Source of the DNA: Epiperipatus broadwayi
Taxonomy: Eukaryota; Animalia; Onychophora
Assembly (NCBI GenBank): GCA_028023455.1
Contig: JAQFVV010000003.1
Location: forward strand, 19,406,001-19,470,000
DNA length: 64,000 nt
Direction: 5' to 3'
In this document: positions 1 through 13,609 of the stretch, in pieces
How the letters are laid out: each line of letters starts with the position of its first letter
Position numbering within the stretch: position 1 is the stretch's first letter
The notes under the pieces: generated by a model
The model's input: only the letters and a program-made list of their open reading frames with translations
Told to the model about the DNA's origin: nothing
Database searches by the model: none
Position numbers and translations under genes: made by a program

Positions 1-75
1 TGCGAACGTGGATCTGTTAACATATCTTGGGCAATGAAATACCCTATCTTTTATCTTGTTTAACAGCATACCTCC
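1..75 (-). CDS. Candidate host exon (runs off the window edge), unknown protein
   Basis: The minus strand reads ttttttgtgttttgattcctag| (polypyrimidine tract + AG), followed by one open frame, GGMLLNKIKDRVFHCPRYVNRSTFA. No donor is visible and the peptide is not recognised. Confidence 0.25.
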
Positions 76-2859
76 CTAGGAATCAAAACACAAAAAACTA
101 TGAATTATGAATCACAAACTAAAGATTAAAACTTTAACCCTAACAAAAAATTGTTTTGAACTTAGAACACTATGCTGAGGACTAAAGCCTGAATTTTAAT
201 AAGATACTCATATCATCTTTAAATTTAATATAAAAAAATAAATCACTACAGGATTAATTAAACAAGCAAATTATGCAAGCCATCATACACTCTTTCATTG
301 CTACACTAGAGTTTTATTTAAAACAATAATGAGAGTCTAGCCTAAAAAAAACTGATAGGCAGTTATAAATTTTCAAAAGCTCATATATGTTAAATGGTTA
401 TAATATCCTGTCTTTAAATTAGCATTAGAAAAAGGGACAATCATAAAATATCACAGAAGATAATCAAGTGATGTCATATTATTCAGCTAGGCAATGCTAA
501 GGGTGTCACTTGATATTAATCCGGTACATATAGAAACAAGCATCTACATATTAGTTTTTGACCAATTGTGTTATGTTTCTAAAATTTATATCAACTGCAC
601 ATACAAATATATACCATTATTGAAACAAGACAAATAAATTGAAACCAAATAAAGAAAGAAAACACTCGAGTTAAGAAAAAGCACTTGGGCTGGTATTTCC
701 AGTTGAGATTCTAAAAGAGAGAAAGTGTGTTTACACTATATCTATTTTCCCATGAGCTATAATTATTCTAGACTCTAATAATCATTCACAAATATTTTAA
801 TAAAATAATAAATTTCAATTTCTTAGGGTTTTATAATAATAATAATCTGTGTATTCTTACTCTTATTTTCTTTAATCATAAAATTCTTTATAACTGTTTC
901 TTATTTCAAATTTTAACTAAGCAGTAATTTTAATCTATGTTTTCTAAAATGAAGGCTAGCAAAATTAAATACAAAGTTGAATAATAATTTTATCTCAAGG
1001 TTAATCTAATAAGCATGGCTATCAAATGCTTTATGCATTCCAAGATACGATAGTGTAAAAGGGGTTTTATGTACACCATCTTATTCAATATTTACATTTC
1101 AGATAGTATTAATACAATAGTAACTTATTCAATCCTGCAGAGTTTTATGTGTAAATCTATACCTCAAATATGACCTTTAATATCATGAACGTGAAATGAA
1201 ATGATGATGTTTTTTTTTTAAGAACAACAAAGAGAAATATTAAAATTAATAATTAATTTATTGCACACATAAAAAAATCATATAATACATTTAATAAATA
1301 TTACTGTTTGTTCCCTAAACTAATTTAAATTTGGAATATATCAAGTGTTTTGTCATACCGTGTTGTGAAGACATTCACATTAAATAAGAATAGGTTGTTT
1401 CAGTATTTCACAAAATAATCCTCAATTTAGTACTGGAAGATAATAATTATTATAACCAGGAAAAAATCAATGCCTTATGAAAGTTCTTAATTGGTTTATT
1501 TTATCAACTAATCAATTATTTAACAATCTCATTTACAAACATTGGATACATTTTCACTCTTTTAAAGTAAGCAAGTATAAATCATTGCTTAGCAGGACTA
1601 GATGATAATTTACCACATTGGGCTTATTTATTTTTGCCTTAAGATCCTTTACTGGATTCAATTACAGATTTGGACATCAGGAGGGCGTTACTTCATCAAT
1701 AAAAAAAATAGAAATAAATCATTAGGCTGCTTTATTATACATTCAAAAATACTGGAAAATTAATACTAACAAGTAGGAGTGATATATAAAATATTCTTTA
1801 CATATTTACTCATCTGCATAACGATAATTAACTCCATTTAACATTGAGGTCAAAGTATTAAGAACTCATAAATATTATTAATATTTGGCTATAGTCATTT
1901 AATATAAGTTTGTTAAATACTTACATTTGTACAACCTTATCCTAACATATATTACATTTAATCTCTTTCAATCTTAACATTAATCATAATATTAAATAAA
2001 ATATTGACTTTTACCTAAATACATTAATATCTGAGAAAAGTTTTATTACAATAACAAACACAACAATATGAATTAGCTAAGAAGTTAGAAAGTATATTAA
2101 AATAATCCATTTGGTTTATTGAACAATTCATTTTTCTTTTATAATACCATTCATTTTGGAAATAGCATAAAAATATTAAATTCAATTTAGTATGCTTATT
2201 AATTCAAGATAATCCATTCTTAAGGTTACGTATAACTTGGACTCTGATTATGTCTAATATTTGTTTAGAGATTCCATCATTCTGGAGTAGTATTTAAATA
2301 TATTTTTATAATCCATTATCCTTCAAATATCATTCACATATATAGCACAGACAATCCTTAATCCAATTACTTAGACAATGAATACACTTTCTAGTTTGTT
2401 ATAAGTGGCAAATTTAATTCCTTTAAACAGATATTTATTTTTATTCAAAATTTTAGTGTTCAGCACTTAATTAATTTGAAATATAAAATTAATCCCTTCA
2501 TTTTTCAGTCTTTAATCCATTAGATTACAAATTCTGATCATATTGCTGCTAAAGCAATGTTTATTATCAATAGCAATTACACAATCTTTATCATTTTTAA
2601 AAAATCTAAATTCGTTCTTTAGTAACAAATTTTTAATTAGCATACTTGAGTTTAAAAACTACTTATTTTAAAATAGGTTTCCTTTTTATAACAAAAAAAC
2701 GATCAAATTCACATTCTTGAGACTTACAGATATCTTTTCTTATAGTGAAGACTTAAGAAATACAATTTTTGAAAAATATACTAACTATTTATTATTATCT
2801 TTCAATTGAAGAAAATCCAGCAATTCCACAAGTCAATTTGTTCATTTTCTGCTAACAGT

Positions 2860-3375
2860 TTATTATAATAAATGAGATTTCTTGAAATAAAAAATTTATC
2901 AATCAAATTGATGATGATTTCTGGTAATTTTGTTATGGTTTATCTCTTTACTAGGATAATGAGAAGTCAGATGTCTAGCAAAGGCAATCTGCCCAACTGT
3001 AACCTCAGCCTATCAACAGGTAGATAAAAACAAAATGGCTAATTAATATTTGGAACTGGGTGAGGTCCTGCAAGTACTGAACATTTTTACAGACTTGACT
3101 TTTTCAAACTTCACTTTTTATAACAATGGTCACATGATGTCTGGATGACATAATAGTCTCCATCATGCATTGGTAGCTGCTTCAATTGACAGTGAAATAT
3201 TGGAAGAGGTTGCTATCGTTTTTAGCTTTTGAGTTAAGATTCTTAAATCAAAGGCAGTAAACTTTTATTTCCGAGTTTTATGAAAAAACAATTTTTTTTA
3301 CAAAGATTTATTCAACATAAATAAATCACAAATCCTAAATTTCTCAGATATTTCTTTAACATATTTAAATTGAGT
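2860..3375 (-). mobile_element. Highly decayed Penelope-like element, C-terminal (post-RT/GIY-YIG region) fossil
   Basis: Broken minus-strand frames give YVKEISEKFR (cf. PLE PYVxxxSEKIxRI), YYVIQTSCDHCYKK (cf. VYxIxCxxC) and HHQFD* (cf. HxFDW) in the expected order. There are many stops and frameshifts, and no YIG motif was found. Confidence 0.4.
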
Positions 3376-4769
3376 TTTAAACAAATAATTTATTACTCAA
3401 ATATTTTTAGCAAACTAAATCAATCTTTGCCAAATGAAAATTTAAATTTTAAACATAGAAATATGAAAACTTCCAAGCACACACACCTGCACACAACATA
3501 TAAAATGTAATGACTATTTTATATATAATTAAAATATGATGCTGTATTTATATATTCCTATTTTATATTTCTATTTTTGAATTATTAATTATATGAGTGG
3601 TAACTTCTTTTGATTTATATAATAGATAATTTCATTCTTAATAAGAATAGCAATGAAAATGTAAATATTTTCTTTATACAAATTTAGAGTTTATTAAAAA
3701 TCAGCTTGTAAAGCTATTCAAAAATATCTAATGATACTATAGTTTTTATAAACATTGATATGAGAGACTATTTTAAACATGGTAATAATCATATTCTAAG
3801 CTACTATAACCAATAATAACAATGAATATATTTGTTTATCCATAAAAATTAAATTAATCAAAGCCAATAAAATTTTTTAGTTTTAAAATATAAAATAGTC
3901 AATTTACAGTGAAACTGTAATATTACATTAAGGTTATCATTTTACTATTGGAAAAACTGATTGAGAAACAGAAAGCAAAGATTATGTATATAAAGCTGAA
4001 GAAAAAATTTCTCAGTTTAAAAAAAAGCAGAAAACAATTTCATTATTTTAAAATCTTTTGACTTACTATCATCTTTCTAAATGACAAATTGATTTCAAAG
4101 TGAAAAAGTTATTCAAATAATAACAAATTTTAATAGAAATTATGTTAAATAATATTGATGACTTAATTATAATTTTAATATGAAACAATGAGCAAGTAAA
4201 ATCTGTTAATCATCAATATAAATGTTAAAAAATATACATAATGATAAAATTATTATAGTTTTAATCTATATTTATAATACTACATAAATGTGAAAGTTTT
4301 TGTTTGTTTGTTACTTTATTATTCCATGAATATTGCAGCAATTTTGATGAATTTTGCATGATTATCTTTTTCTTTTTTTGTGGAGAATTTTAGAGGCTAT
4401 GAATTTTTGTTCTATGGTACTTAATTATTTTAAAAACTCTAATTTGCAACGTAAAAATACATTGAAAGAACACCATTTTCTAATGAAAACATAAAATATA
4501 AAAAAGAAGGCAGCACTGATTAAAAGATTACAGACATTCGAAAATGTTGTATCCTACATATTGAAATATATAATAGAGAAATTGAGACAATTATAGTTTT
4601 TGGTAATCAAAGATAAAATTTTATTGCATACATATCTTTTAAATTAATTAAATCTTATTTGTATCTTGCCGCAATCTTAAAATTTAATAACCATTGTAAA
4701 AATTATCACAAAAGAAGCATATTATAATTTATTTTAAAATTATTGTTTATTGTACTGCACCAGAACCAT

Positions 4770-5341
4770 TGTCTTTGGTTAGGCTTACTGGTTTGGTTCC
4801 AAATCAACAGGCAAATAATGACAACTACTCAACAATTAATATGTACAATTGATTAGTTACAAAAAATATACACACATTAGTTAAACAAATGAATAAATAT
4901 AGTTTATACAACTGAATGCTGAGATAGTTGTGCCGAGTATTGAAACTCACTTCCAGCTAAATAAGTATCCTGACTCATGAGCTCTGGTAAGACTCTTCTG
5001 GCTGTATAGGAAAGCTCGCTTTAAGTCTGTTGTGGACATAGGACTTGCCTCACTGCATGGACTTCGCGATAATGCCTAGCGAAATACCTTTGCTGATGGC
5101 AAAAGATTTATTGGAGAGCACATTCAGTCGTTCAAGTATACAGAAGTAATTGCTCTCTTGCCTCCAAAAGGCTGATTATTTAACGGCAGATCCCCTACCT
5201 TACTGGAAAACTCGGATTTTGTGCGTAAACCAAAATGAAAGATTTATCCCCATTGGACAGTGATCGGGTGCTAGCCAATCAAGCAAGGAATCTGGAATAG
5301 TCCACTTCTAAAGGCAAGGTCAGATATGACAGATACTGACA
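4770..5341. mobile_element. LTR-like segment nested in the Helitron
   Basis: GC- and CpG-richer 572-bp block bounded by TGTC...GACA, with CCAAT boxes near 5250-5285. It interrupts the Helitron's internal repeats. No matching TSD found. Confidence 0.35.
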
Positions 5342-5396
5342 TTGATAATTATTTCATGTAAACATTATGTAAATATATTTTCATTATCAAATTGTT

Positions 5397-5780
5397 TACT
5401 AATGCAACGTTACAGCTGCAGAAATAGAGACAATTATAGATTTGGTAAAGTAAGCAAAAATTTTAATTGGTATTCAATATTTTAAAAATCAAAAATGAAA
5501 TTTAGATAATATATAAATATATTTTAATCATCAAACTTTCTACTAATGCGAGGGTACAGCTAGAGAAATGGAGAGAATTAGTGAAGGCAAATTTATTTAG
5601 TATTCAATACATTAAAAATCAAAAATGAAATACATAAATATACTTTAATTCCTAAATTTTCTACTAAAATGAATGGACACCTAGAGAAATGGAGAGAATT
5701 AGTAAGGGAAATTTTTATTTGATATTCAATGTGTCAAAAAATCGAAAATGGAATATGAATAATAAAACAATAAAAAATTT
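5397..5780 (+). repeat. Degenerate ~120-145 bp tandem repeat inside the Helitron
   Basis: Units start tactaa at 5397, 5541 and 5662, with shared agagaaatggagagaattagt and tattcaat...aaaaatcaaaaatgaaat. A related unit lies at ~4570-4640. Confidence 0.7.
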
Positions 5781-6116
5781 CTAATGCTCAGAATATATCC
5801 TCCTTATAAATATATGTAAATTTTAAATATATTTTAATTATCAACTACACTACATTCTTTTTAATTTTATAATTATTCTATTAATATGAGCAAAGCTGCA
5901 GATACAGCTAGTATATATATAATTTCATGCTACATTCTTATTTATGGATATTCAATCATATAGTGTGTGCGTCTGACAATTTTTGTTATAACTGATTTGG
6001 TTATAATTTTGATAGTCTCGATACATTTAAAAGTACAATTTACAAACTTTTCAAGTATATAAAAAAAAGGGGGTTTAAAACAAAATGTTTGAAACCATTA
6101 AGTAGTTGAAAAGCCA

Positions 6117-6205
6117 CTTTCACATGTATGTGGTCATGTGTATCAGTTGTATAAGATGGAGTGGATACTGTAGGGAGCTTGAAAGTCTGAATTCAAATCC
6201 CTTCT
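6117..6205 (+). repeat. Family D fragment (segment downstream of the hammerhead)
   Basis: tgtggtcatgtgtatcagttgtataagatggagtggata...gggagcttgaaagtctgaattcaaatcc matches 63209-63281 and 62797-62855. Confidence 0.75.
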
Positions 6206-6244
6206 AATTATATTCAATTAACATGATTTCTTTGCAAGCATTAA

Positions 6245-6310
6245 TGCAGTGGGTAGAGTAGTGGATTCTGGAGCTAAGGCCAATGGATCAAAAGCAATAA
6301 ACCATTCAAT
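6245..6310 (+). mobile_element. tRNA-derived SINE (family E), internally deleted
   Basis: tgcagtgggtagagtagtggattctggagctaagg...ggatca + agcaataaaccattcaat matches the other E copies. Confidence 0.6.
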
Positions 6311-6889
6311 TATAAAATTAGTATGAATAACAATTATCATAAAGGGATTAAATACATATCATTAAAAACTGGCTACTAAATTTAATTTTTTCTTCTGTGG
6401 CATTATTATAAAAGGTGAAATATCTTGTTTTTGCTTTTATAAAATTAAAGATTCAATTTCTTTATTTTTGTACTAAAATAAAAAAATAAAAAATTATAGA
6501 TGTTACTTGATCTCTATATTCATTTATCATTTCCATTTTCTAGAGAATTCTTAGCTTTTATAATCCTATGCCTCATAGCATCATTTTGTCCTGAATTATT
6601 TCATTCTTTACTCTAAATTTTATTTTAAATGCTTATAAAAACAAATCTTGCTTTCATACTAATACTAAACTATTTATATAGCTAACACCAGACATATTAT
6701 AACATAATAATAAAAACAACAAAATTAAAAGCAGTTATTTATTTTTATATGTTGGTATATTGAAAATTTTAGAGTTAATTCTAATGATTTATTTTATTAT
6801 CTATATACAAGTTCTCATTGTGAATAAAAAGTAAAAAAAAAAGTATATGGTTGCATAAAATTCTTTTGATCTAGTGTAAAAATATTTTT

Positions 6890-7600
6890 AAATTGTCATG
6901 GAAGACTTTAAAATTAGTAAATTATTGAAAGATGAAAGTGCTGTGAGAAATTTGTTATAATGATAGAAATGAGAGAGACCAAGACTTGTGGAATTTGCAA
7001 ATAAAAAACCCCCTCCAAAAAAAACAAACCTATATATTATTAATTTTTTTTTGAAAAAAATGCCAAATGGAAATAGACATAGAAGTATCAAATGAAGGTA
7101 TTTCAGAATTAGACTATATTTTGACTAACAGAAAGCATGTATTTCAAAACTGCCATATTCTTAATGGATCCAAGGAAATAATAATCAATTAATGAGATGT
7201 AAGAAACATGTTAATGCAAAACTAAAAGGACAAAAACTATTAAGAAAGTCAGTATTAATAGTTGATATTCCGAATGTTCAGAAACACTCCAATGAATTTA
7301 AATTAGGACTAGAAAATTGTTTAAAAATATTATAAGCTTTTGAAAATGATTCAGATTTGACTGAAAATTTTAAATATGACCCATTAAGAAGAATTATATA
7401 TTTAGAGCTTTGTAAAATGTCATAAAAAAGAGTTAATAATGATATAATTGTAGCAGGAAAAGCTACAGAAAAAAGAAAAAATCTCAAAAGTGTTAAAATA
7501 ACATTTTGGTATTGAAAGGAAAGTTGACAATAAGAAGAAAAGACGGAACAAATTTTTAAAAAAGAGACAGTGTCATGATATGTGTGAAAGAGTTCTATAA
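6890..7600 (+). mobile_element. RTE LINE fossil, AP-endonuclease region
   Basis: Broken frames give IVMEDFK (GDFN motif), RNER / RLVEFA, ELDYILTNRK (EIDYIL motif) and FKLGLENCL (FxLxLxNRF) in RTE order. Confidence 0.6.
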
Positions 7601-7936
7601 AGAATTATCCATACCAGCTTAATTCAATGAAAATATTAATCTATTCGGATATTTGTAATTGCTAATTTCTAAATGCCAGTGAGCATTATTCATTCATTTA
7701 GTATATATTGAATAAAAATATATAAAAAATCTCAATAGAACTAATGTCATCATATAAAGTATTTAAAATTGTATAATTTCTTATATATATATATATCAAA
7801 ATGCAGATATTTATAAGAACTCACTAATTAACTAATGCAAAATTTACTCCATAATTGTTAGTCTTGTTAGAAGATAATTAATGCTTAAACATTTCCTCTA
7901 TTAAATTTATATAAACAGGGTAGTAAGTACATTATT

Positions 7937-8053
7937 AAATGATGTTCTTACTCAAGGGTTTGTAAGAAGTTTGAACAGTTGAAGTGCCAAAGCTGGGCCA
8001 TAATTCATGAATTTTGAGCTATAGAATTTGCCATTCTAACACTACAACAAACT
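7937..8053 (-). mobile_element. tRNA-derived SINE (family E)
   Basis: The reverse complement tgtagtgttagaatggcaaattctatagctcaaa...tcaaacttcttacaaaccc matches 8180-8292. Confidence 0.65.
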
Positions 8054-8179
8054 ACACAGGACATAAACAATAAAAAATACACCTTAAAAGAAACAAACAA
8101 AAATTAGATTTTTCATAATGTTTAAAGTTATCAATTATTTTATTATAGAATTAGAAGTTTATTATGTTCCATGTCATTC

Positions 8180-8292
8180 GGTGCAATGGTAGAGTGGCAA
8201 ATTCTGGAACTCAAGGACCATGGATCATGACTCAGTCTGTTACTCTTGGTGCTCAAACTTCTTATGAATCCCAAGCAATAAACCATTTACTT
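8180..8292 (+). mobile_element. tRNA-derived SINE (family E)
   Basis: GGTGCAATGGTAGAGTGGCAAATTCTGGAACTCAAGGACCATGGATCATGACTC (degenerate tRNA-like head, A-box-like), then ctcaaacttcttatgaatcccaagcaataaaccatt. Six homologous copies occur in the window. Confidence 0.7.
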
Positions 8293-11200
8293 ATCTATAT
8301 ATATATAAATCTTTAAATAACCCACAACAGGACAGATTTCTTCAATAGCCCTTAATTACCAGGAGTAGAAATGTTTAAATATTTGAGTGATTTTCACTCT
8401 TATTTTACCTTCTATCTAAGAATAGCTAGCTATCCATTTATCAATCAATGCTGATTGATTGGCTGGGTTGGCTATCAAAAAAAAAATCCTAAGCCTGATT
8501 AGAACTTAAAAATTGACTAAGCATGGATTTGAATCTAGATGTTTATATACAGAAATCCTTCATAAATATATTAATTCTATTCTATATTTTCAAACAAAAA
8601 ACCCCTACAATTCCAAAAAACATATAAATAGTCTGGAAATACATTTATATATCAATAATATTTGTAAGTATCTTAAAAGGCAACATTTCACAATTAATTT
8701 CCATTGCAGTGGATATGAGACTAATTAATTCTTATATACTGTGCAATCCCTTGAAAATATTTGAGATTAAGAACTAAAATTCTTGGAATGATTCTAAACT
8801 AAATTTAAAAAAAAGGTTGACAAATTGAATGGAACTGTTAGACTCTACCTAGCAAATAAAAAATACAAATTAAGCATGAGTTAAAATTACTCCAAAGATT
8901 CTTTATTTCAAAATCAAAAAACAATGAACAAAAAATTCAAATGGAAAAATATAATAATAATTTTAATTATTTTTTTATTGCATTTATGCCATAACCTTGC
9001 CCCTGCTCCCCAAATCAATTTTCACTTATTATTAATTCTAAAATTAACAATGAAACCTTGCATAAGAATAACATACTTGTATTTTTATTTCCAAATTAAA
9101 AATCTGTTTGAATAATTACAATCCTTATGAGTTTCCAGTTAGTAAAATATAAGATTGGCAAAATCAAGGTCTCAATCATGTTCAATCTTTTTCATCTATT
9201 GATTACAATCTCAATCCACATTGAAATCTATGCTGTTTCACTTTCCCTTCTTTAACTATACTTCATAAGTAGAGTCTATCTTTTTTCTTCTCTTCATTGT
9301 CTTTTCTGCACTGTGTAGTTTGGTGAAATAATAGAATGGCAGACTGGAGTTTATGAATTTCCAAATAATAAACCATTCATTATTATTTTATTATTCATTG
9401 CCTTTCTTTTTGTCTTGTTTTTTTCTATTTTTTATCTTCTTGTTGTTCTAGACAGCAGCAGTTTAAAATGACAATAGTGAAATATGATTTCAGTCATATT
9501 GAGCTTAAGTATCATTTCAAACTGCATAAGAGAAAGTAGTCAAACTATTTCAAGGCAGAATATTATTAGATGGACTGCGAGAAATTAATAGCAATTTTGC
9601 TGATGATAACAACAACAACAATAATAACAATAATAATAATAGTGATGATGTGAGATAATCATCTCTTTTTTTATCCACTTACATTGACATCAATGAGTTT
9701 GCTTAAGTAAAATTGATGATCTTTTAAATAAATCTGTGGAATCAGTTTTAAAAATAAATATTTGAACAGGAATTTTCAAAATCATTTTGAACATTCATTA
9801 TTAGTTACAAGAACATATAATTTATAAAATATTATTTTTTCTCCATAGATTTGATGCAAACAACATTCATGACTTTATTTTTTGTCAAACCATACTGTAA
9901 ACTTGTGCTAAAATAGATTTTTTTGTGTTTGTCTCCTTTTCACTTAAAAGGTTTTATACCTAAATACTTTTCATATTGCTGATGTACAAAAACCTAATAA
10001 AATCAGATTGTGAGAACACATAACATGAATCACAAATTTTAAAAGGCACTAAGAAACAAAAATAAATATAATGATAGAGAAACAAAAAAAATGTTTAACT
10101 TATTATAAATACTGTATCAAAATAAATGGAATGTAAACATTAAATTAGCATAGCTTAATATATATATAATTAATGAAATAAACCATTCTCTCTTTATTAA
10201 ACTACATTCTCTTTTTAAACTATGGGTAAATAATATTTAGTTGATAAAGGGGCAGGAGCCAACATTATTATTTATTCATAGCCTGAAGGGGAAGAGATCT
10301 TATTTTATTATTGACATAAATTATATCGACCTATGCTAATTTAATATTTAAAATTATTAATTTCTACTTGATTATTAGTTTAATAATTATAAATGTCATG
10401 CTTTCATATGGCTAATATATTCAATTCGTTTTATATATCCATCAAAGTGGAAAGAGTAAACTTATAAATATCAAAAGCTTACAGAACAAATTTTGGATCC
10501 ATTCTATTCTATACCCTTTCTCAACAATTATAATATAATTAAATAAATTTTATATGAACAAAAGATCAAAGAGCCAATAAAACAATTTTAAACAGATAAA
10601 AACTAATATTCATTAAAAAAAAAAAATTAGAGCAGTAGCTGTATATATAATCTAATGGGGGGAAAATTCTTACCAAATTTCAAATTGACATGTTATACTG
10701 TATATAACTAAAAAATAAATTTAATTGGTGATCAAATGTCATACAATTTTCAGTTTTTGATATTTCTAAAACTACAATCAATACAATAACAAAATAGGAG
10801 AAAGAGGTCAAACAACAACAACAAAAAAAACAATCACAATTGTATAGCAAATTCAGCAGTAATCACGAATATGGTCATTCCAAGTCCAAGAAATATAAAA
10901 ACAAATTGAAAGATGTCATAATAATAATATCAAATGGCATATGTGTGTTTATATGTATATAACTTTTGAGAGAATATTAATATTTTCAGGTGCTAACTAC
11001 AATCTAGATATGACAACTAAACAGTAATATATATATACATACCTCATATCCAGATTAAAAAAACTCAGCAGAAGTATTTGATTCCTTTCAGGTTATGAAA
11101 GTTTAGGTTCAAGCACACATATGTAGTAGAAATATTCAATTGAGATTAAAAAACTAAGATTGTATTTAAATAGCAGAAATATTTAATTAACAACAATATT

Positions 11201-13397
11201 TAATTATTAGACAGTTTACAATATATATATAATGATAAACACATATACATTTGACTGGCTTGAATGTTTCTATTAAATGACAGAATTAATTAAAAATTTA
11301 AAAAATCTATTTTACAAAATGTATTTGTGTATTCATGAATACCACATTTATTTTGTTTAATATTTAACATTATTAATAACAGTCAGAAATTAAACAAAAT
11401 GACTTAAAAATAGAAAAAAAAAATAAAAGTGCCTTTTTTAAATCCCAGTTGTTTTTTTTGTATTTATTTAAGAAAGAAATTTCTTGTTATTATTCTACAG
11501 AATTTTTAGTGACTTCTTGGTTCAGTCTTTGTTTTAATTGGACACTTCACTTGGCTAATTTTTCTTATAAAGATAGAAGAAGGTTGATTTCTAGCATAAT
11601 ATATATTAGTTCTGATTTTCTGTTAGTAGTACAGATAAATTCTTTGGTTTTGATATTTTCACTTGACAAGCAATTTTCATCATGCTTGAATTGTAGACTC
11701 CATTCTTTAACAGCTTTTTAAAATAGTTACTTGAAGTGAGGTTTTTGCTTGATGGTTTCTTTAGATCACTTGAGAAAATAGCTGACAGATGATTCAAAAT
11801 ATTTGAGCTAATTTTGCAGAAATATTTTGAATATTGGCATAAAGGATTATGGTGTACGTATGACCGGCTAATACAAGCTATAAGCTGATAATAGTTTTGA
11901 TAAGAACATTCTTAAAACAAAATATCGAAAAAAAAAACCCCATCTCTGACTTTTCAATCTGAAAATGTTTAATATATTACTTGATTTCAAAAACAAATCA
12001 ATAAGAAAATAATTATGAGATTGAAATAAAAAACATCAAATTTTAGTTATTCTTTAATTATTTGCATTTAATTAAATAACTAATTAATATTTTATCATAA
12101 AATTTTCTAATTAATAAAAGTAAAAACATGTTTTAAAGTTGACATTATTAAAAAAATATTCATTTGCATCTTTAAGTTAAACTTAAAAAATGTTTTCATA
12201 TTTCTTTTTACTAAAAAGTAAAATGCTCTTCTTTTCTTATATTTAAAATAAAAAAATATATGTTACAAATATAATCCCTTTCATAAAATATATTTTTAAA
12301 CCTTACAATGTTTTAGTTTGTATACACCATGTATATCTATCAATCTCTATTCCTAAAACACAACATAATTTAAATTTGTTAATATCAACAAGTGTGGCAA
12401 AATATAGACAAACCTTTTCTATTAATCCAAAGTTAATGAAACTAATCATTATAATGAGAGTTGACAAAACTTGAAATCATACATTGAAAATTTAAGAAAG
12501 AACATAAAATGTGTTGAGTTAAAATATGTTGTAAAATCCAATATATTCAATAATAAATATTCAAATGATGTCATGTAATATTTAAGTAGTATAAATGACA
12601 GGTAATTGTAAAATCAGTCACTCTATAACTGGCTAAATTACTTGAGTATCATATGAAAATATATTTAACAAGTTAAAATATACCATATAATACTAAATTG
12701 TTCACTCACTTTACTACTTTTACACAATGGACAATTTAGTATTATATGGTATACATTTGGCAATGCAATAAGAAAGAGTAATTATTATATTTCTTGAAGA
12801 AGTTAAAATATATTTTTTAGTTATTTAAATTTTGATACAAAATAACATTTTTAATAAATGAAATCTTTTAATGAAAATAAAAATAACTTTAACCTATCTT
12901 GTCTCTATTTTTAGACTAATCTTGAAAACGAATAAAAAGTTATCAATGAAATCAAAATTATAATATTAAAAAAATAATTATAAAGTAACAAATGCTGATA
13001 TTTTTAAATCTAACTACAAAATTATTCATTTTAAATTTTTTCTAAAAATTGCCACTTGTGAATACATAAAATCATTCACTGTGGATACAGGAATCTATAG
13101 TCCACATAATGAATATCTTACAAAACAGATATCCATTTAAAACTAATTTAACACGTGTATGATTTACTAAATAGTTCATGACAGAGGTGTGGACTAAAGG
13201 TTCCTTAATTGATTGCAATTAAGGGGAGAGGGAGCAGTTTATTCAATTAAATATAAATATTATACTCAGGTTCTCATTTTGATGCTTGAATATTTCTTGA
13301 TTGCCTGTGAATACTTAAAATTAAATACATCATACTAGCTAATGGTTGATCCATACCCATATATACATATTAAACCATAAATGTCAACAGCCAACTG

Positions 13398-13609
13398 GTT
13401 TAAATCAATAAATTATCATGACTCCAGATACAAATTGCTGCACCATACTTTTTTCTCTCCATCTTTATGCCATTTATTAAGCTTTAGTAAGTAATAATTT
13501 ATGCAAGATAATAGGGATTTAATAGGCACTATCATCTAATATCTATTATTACTTATTAAAGTTTACAATAAATGGCATAGGGTTGGTGGGAAAAAAAGTA
13601 TGCTGTAAT
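13398..13609. mobile_element. Fold-back insertion with 12-bp TSD
   Basis: Direct repeat AACAGCCAACTG at 13386-13397 and 13610-13621. Imperfect inverted arms at ~13444-13498 and 13545-13602 follow a ~45-bp unpaired left segment. The left arm recurs at ~52063-52100. Confidence 0.75.

Larger units (their letters stand above)
4265..5911 (+). mobile_element. Non-autonomous Helitron (Lep1-like)
   Basis: 5' end a|TCTATATTTATAATACTACATAAATGTGAAAGTTTTTGTTTGTTTGTTAC...ATTTTGATGAATTTTGCA resembles arthropod non-autonomous Helitron 5' ends. 3' end GAGCAAAGCTGCAGATACAGCTAG|t has a subterminal hairpin plus CTAG. It sits between A and T with no TSD. Confidence 0.75.

Noticed and set aside
8180-8240. Family E heads as functional tRNA genes
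   Set aside because: Degenerate stems and B-box, a shared non-tRNA tail and dispersed copies indicate a SINE.
10106-10120. miRNA-like matches (TGGAATGTAAA to miR-1; also TGAGATCATT at 54721 to bantam, TGGTCCCCTT at 60901 to miR-133, TCTTTGGTTA at 4772 to miR-9)
   Set aside because: Only 10-11-nt matches, with no precursor hairpin or 3' match.
11460-11880. Coding-like minus-strand stretch (NISAKLAQIF, NGVYN) suggestive of another PLE C-terminus
   Set aside because: Motif matches are too loose to call without an alignment.
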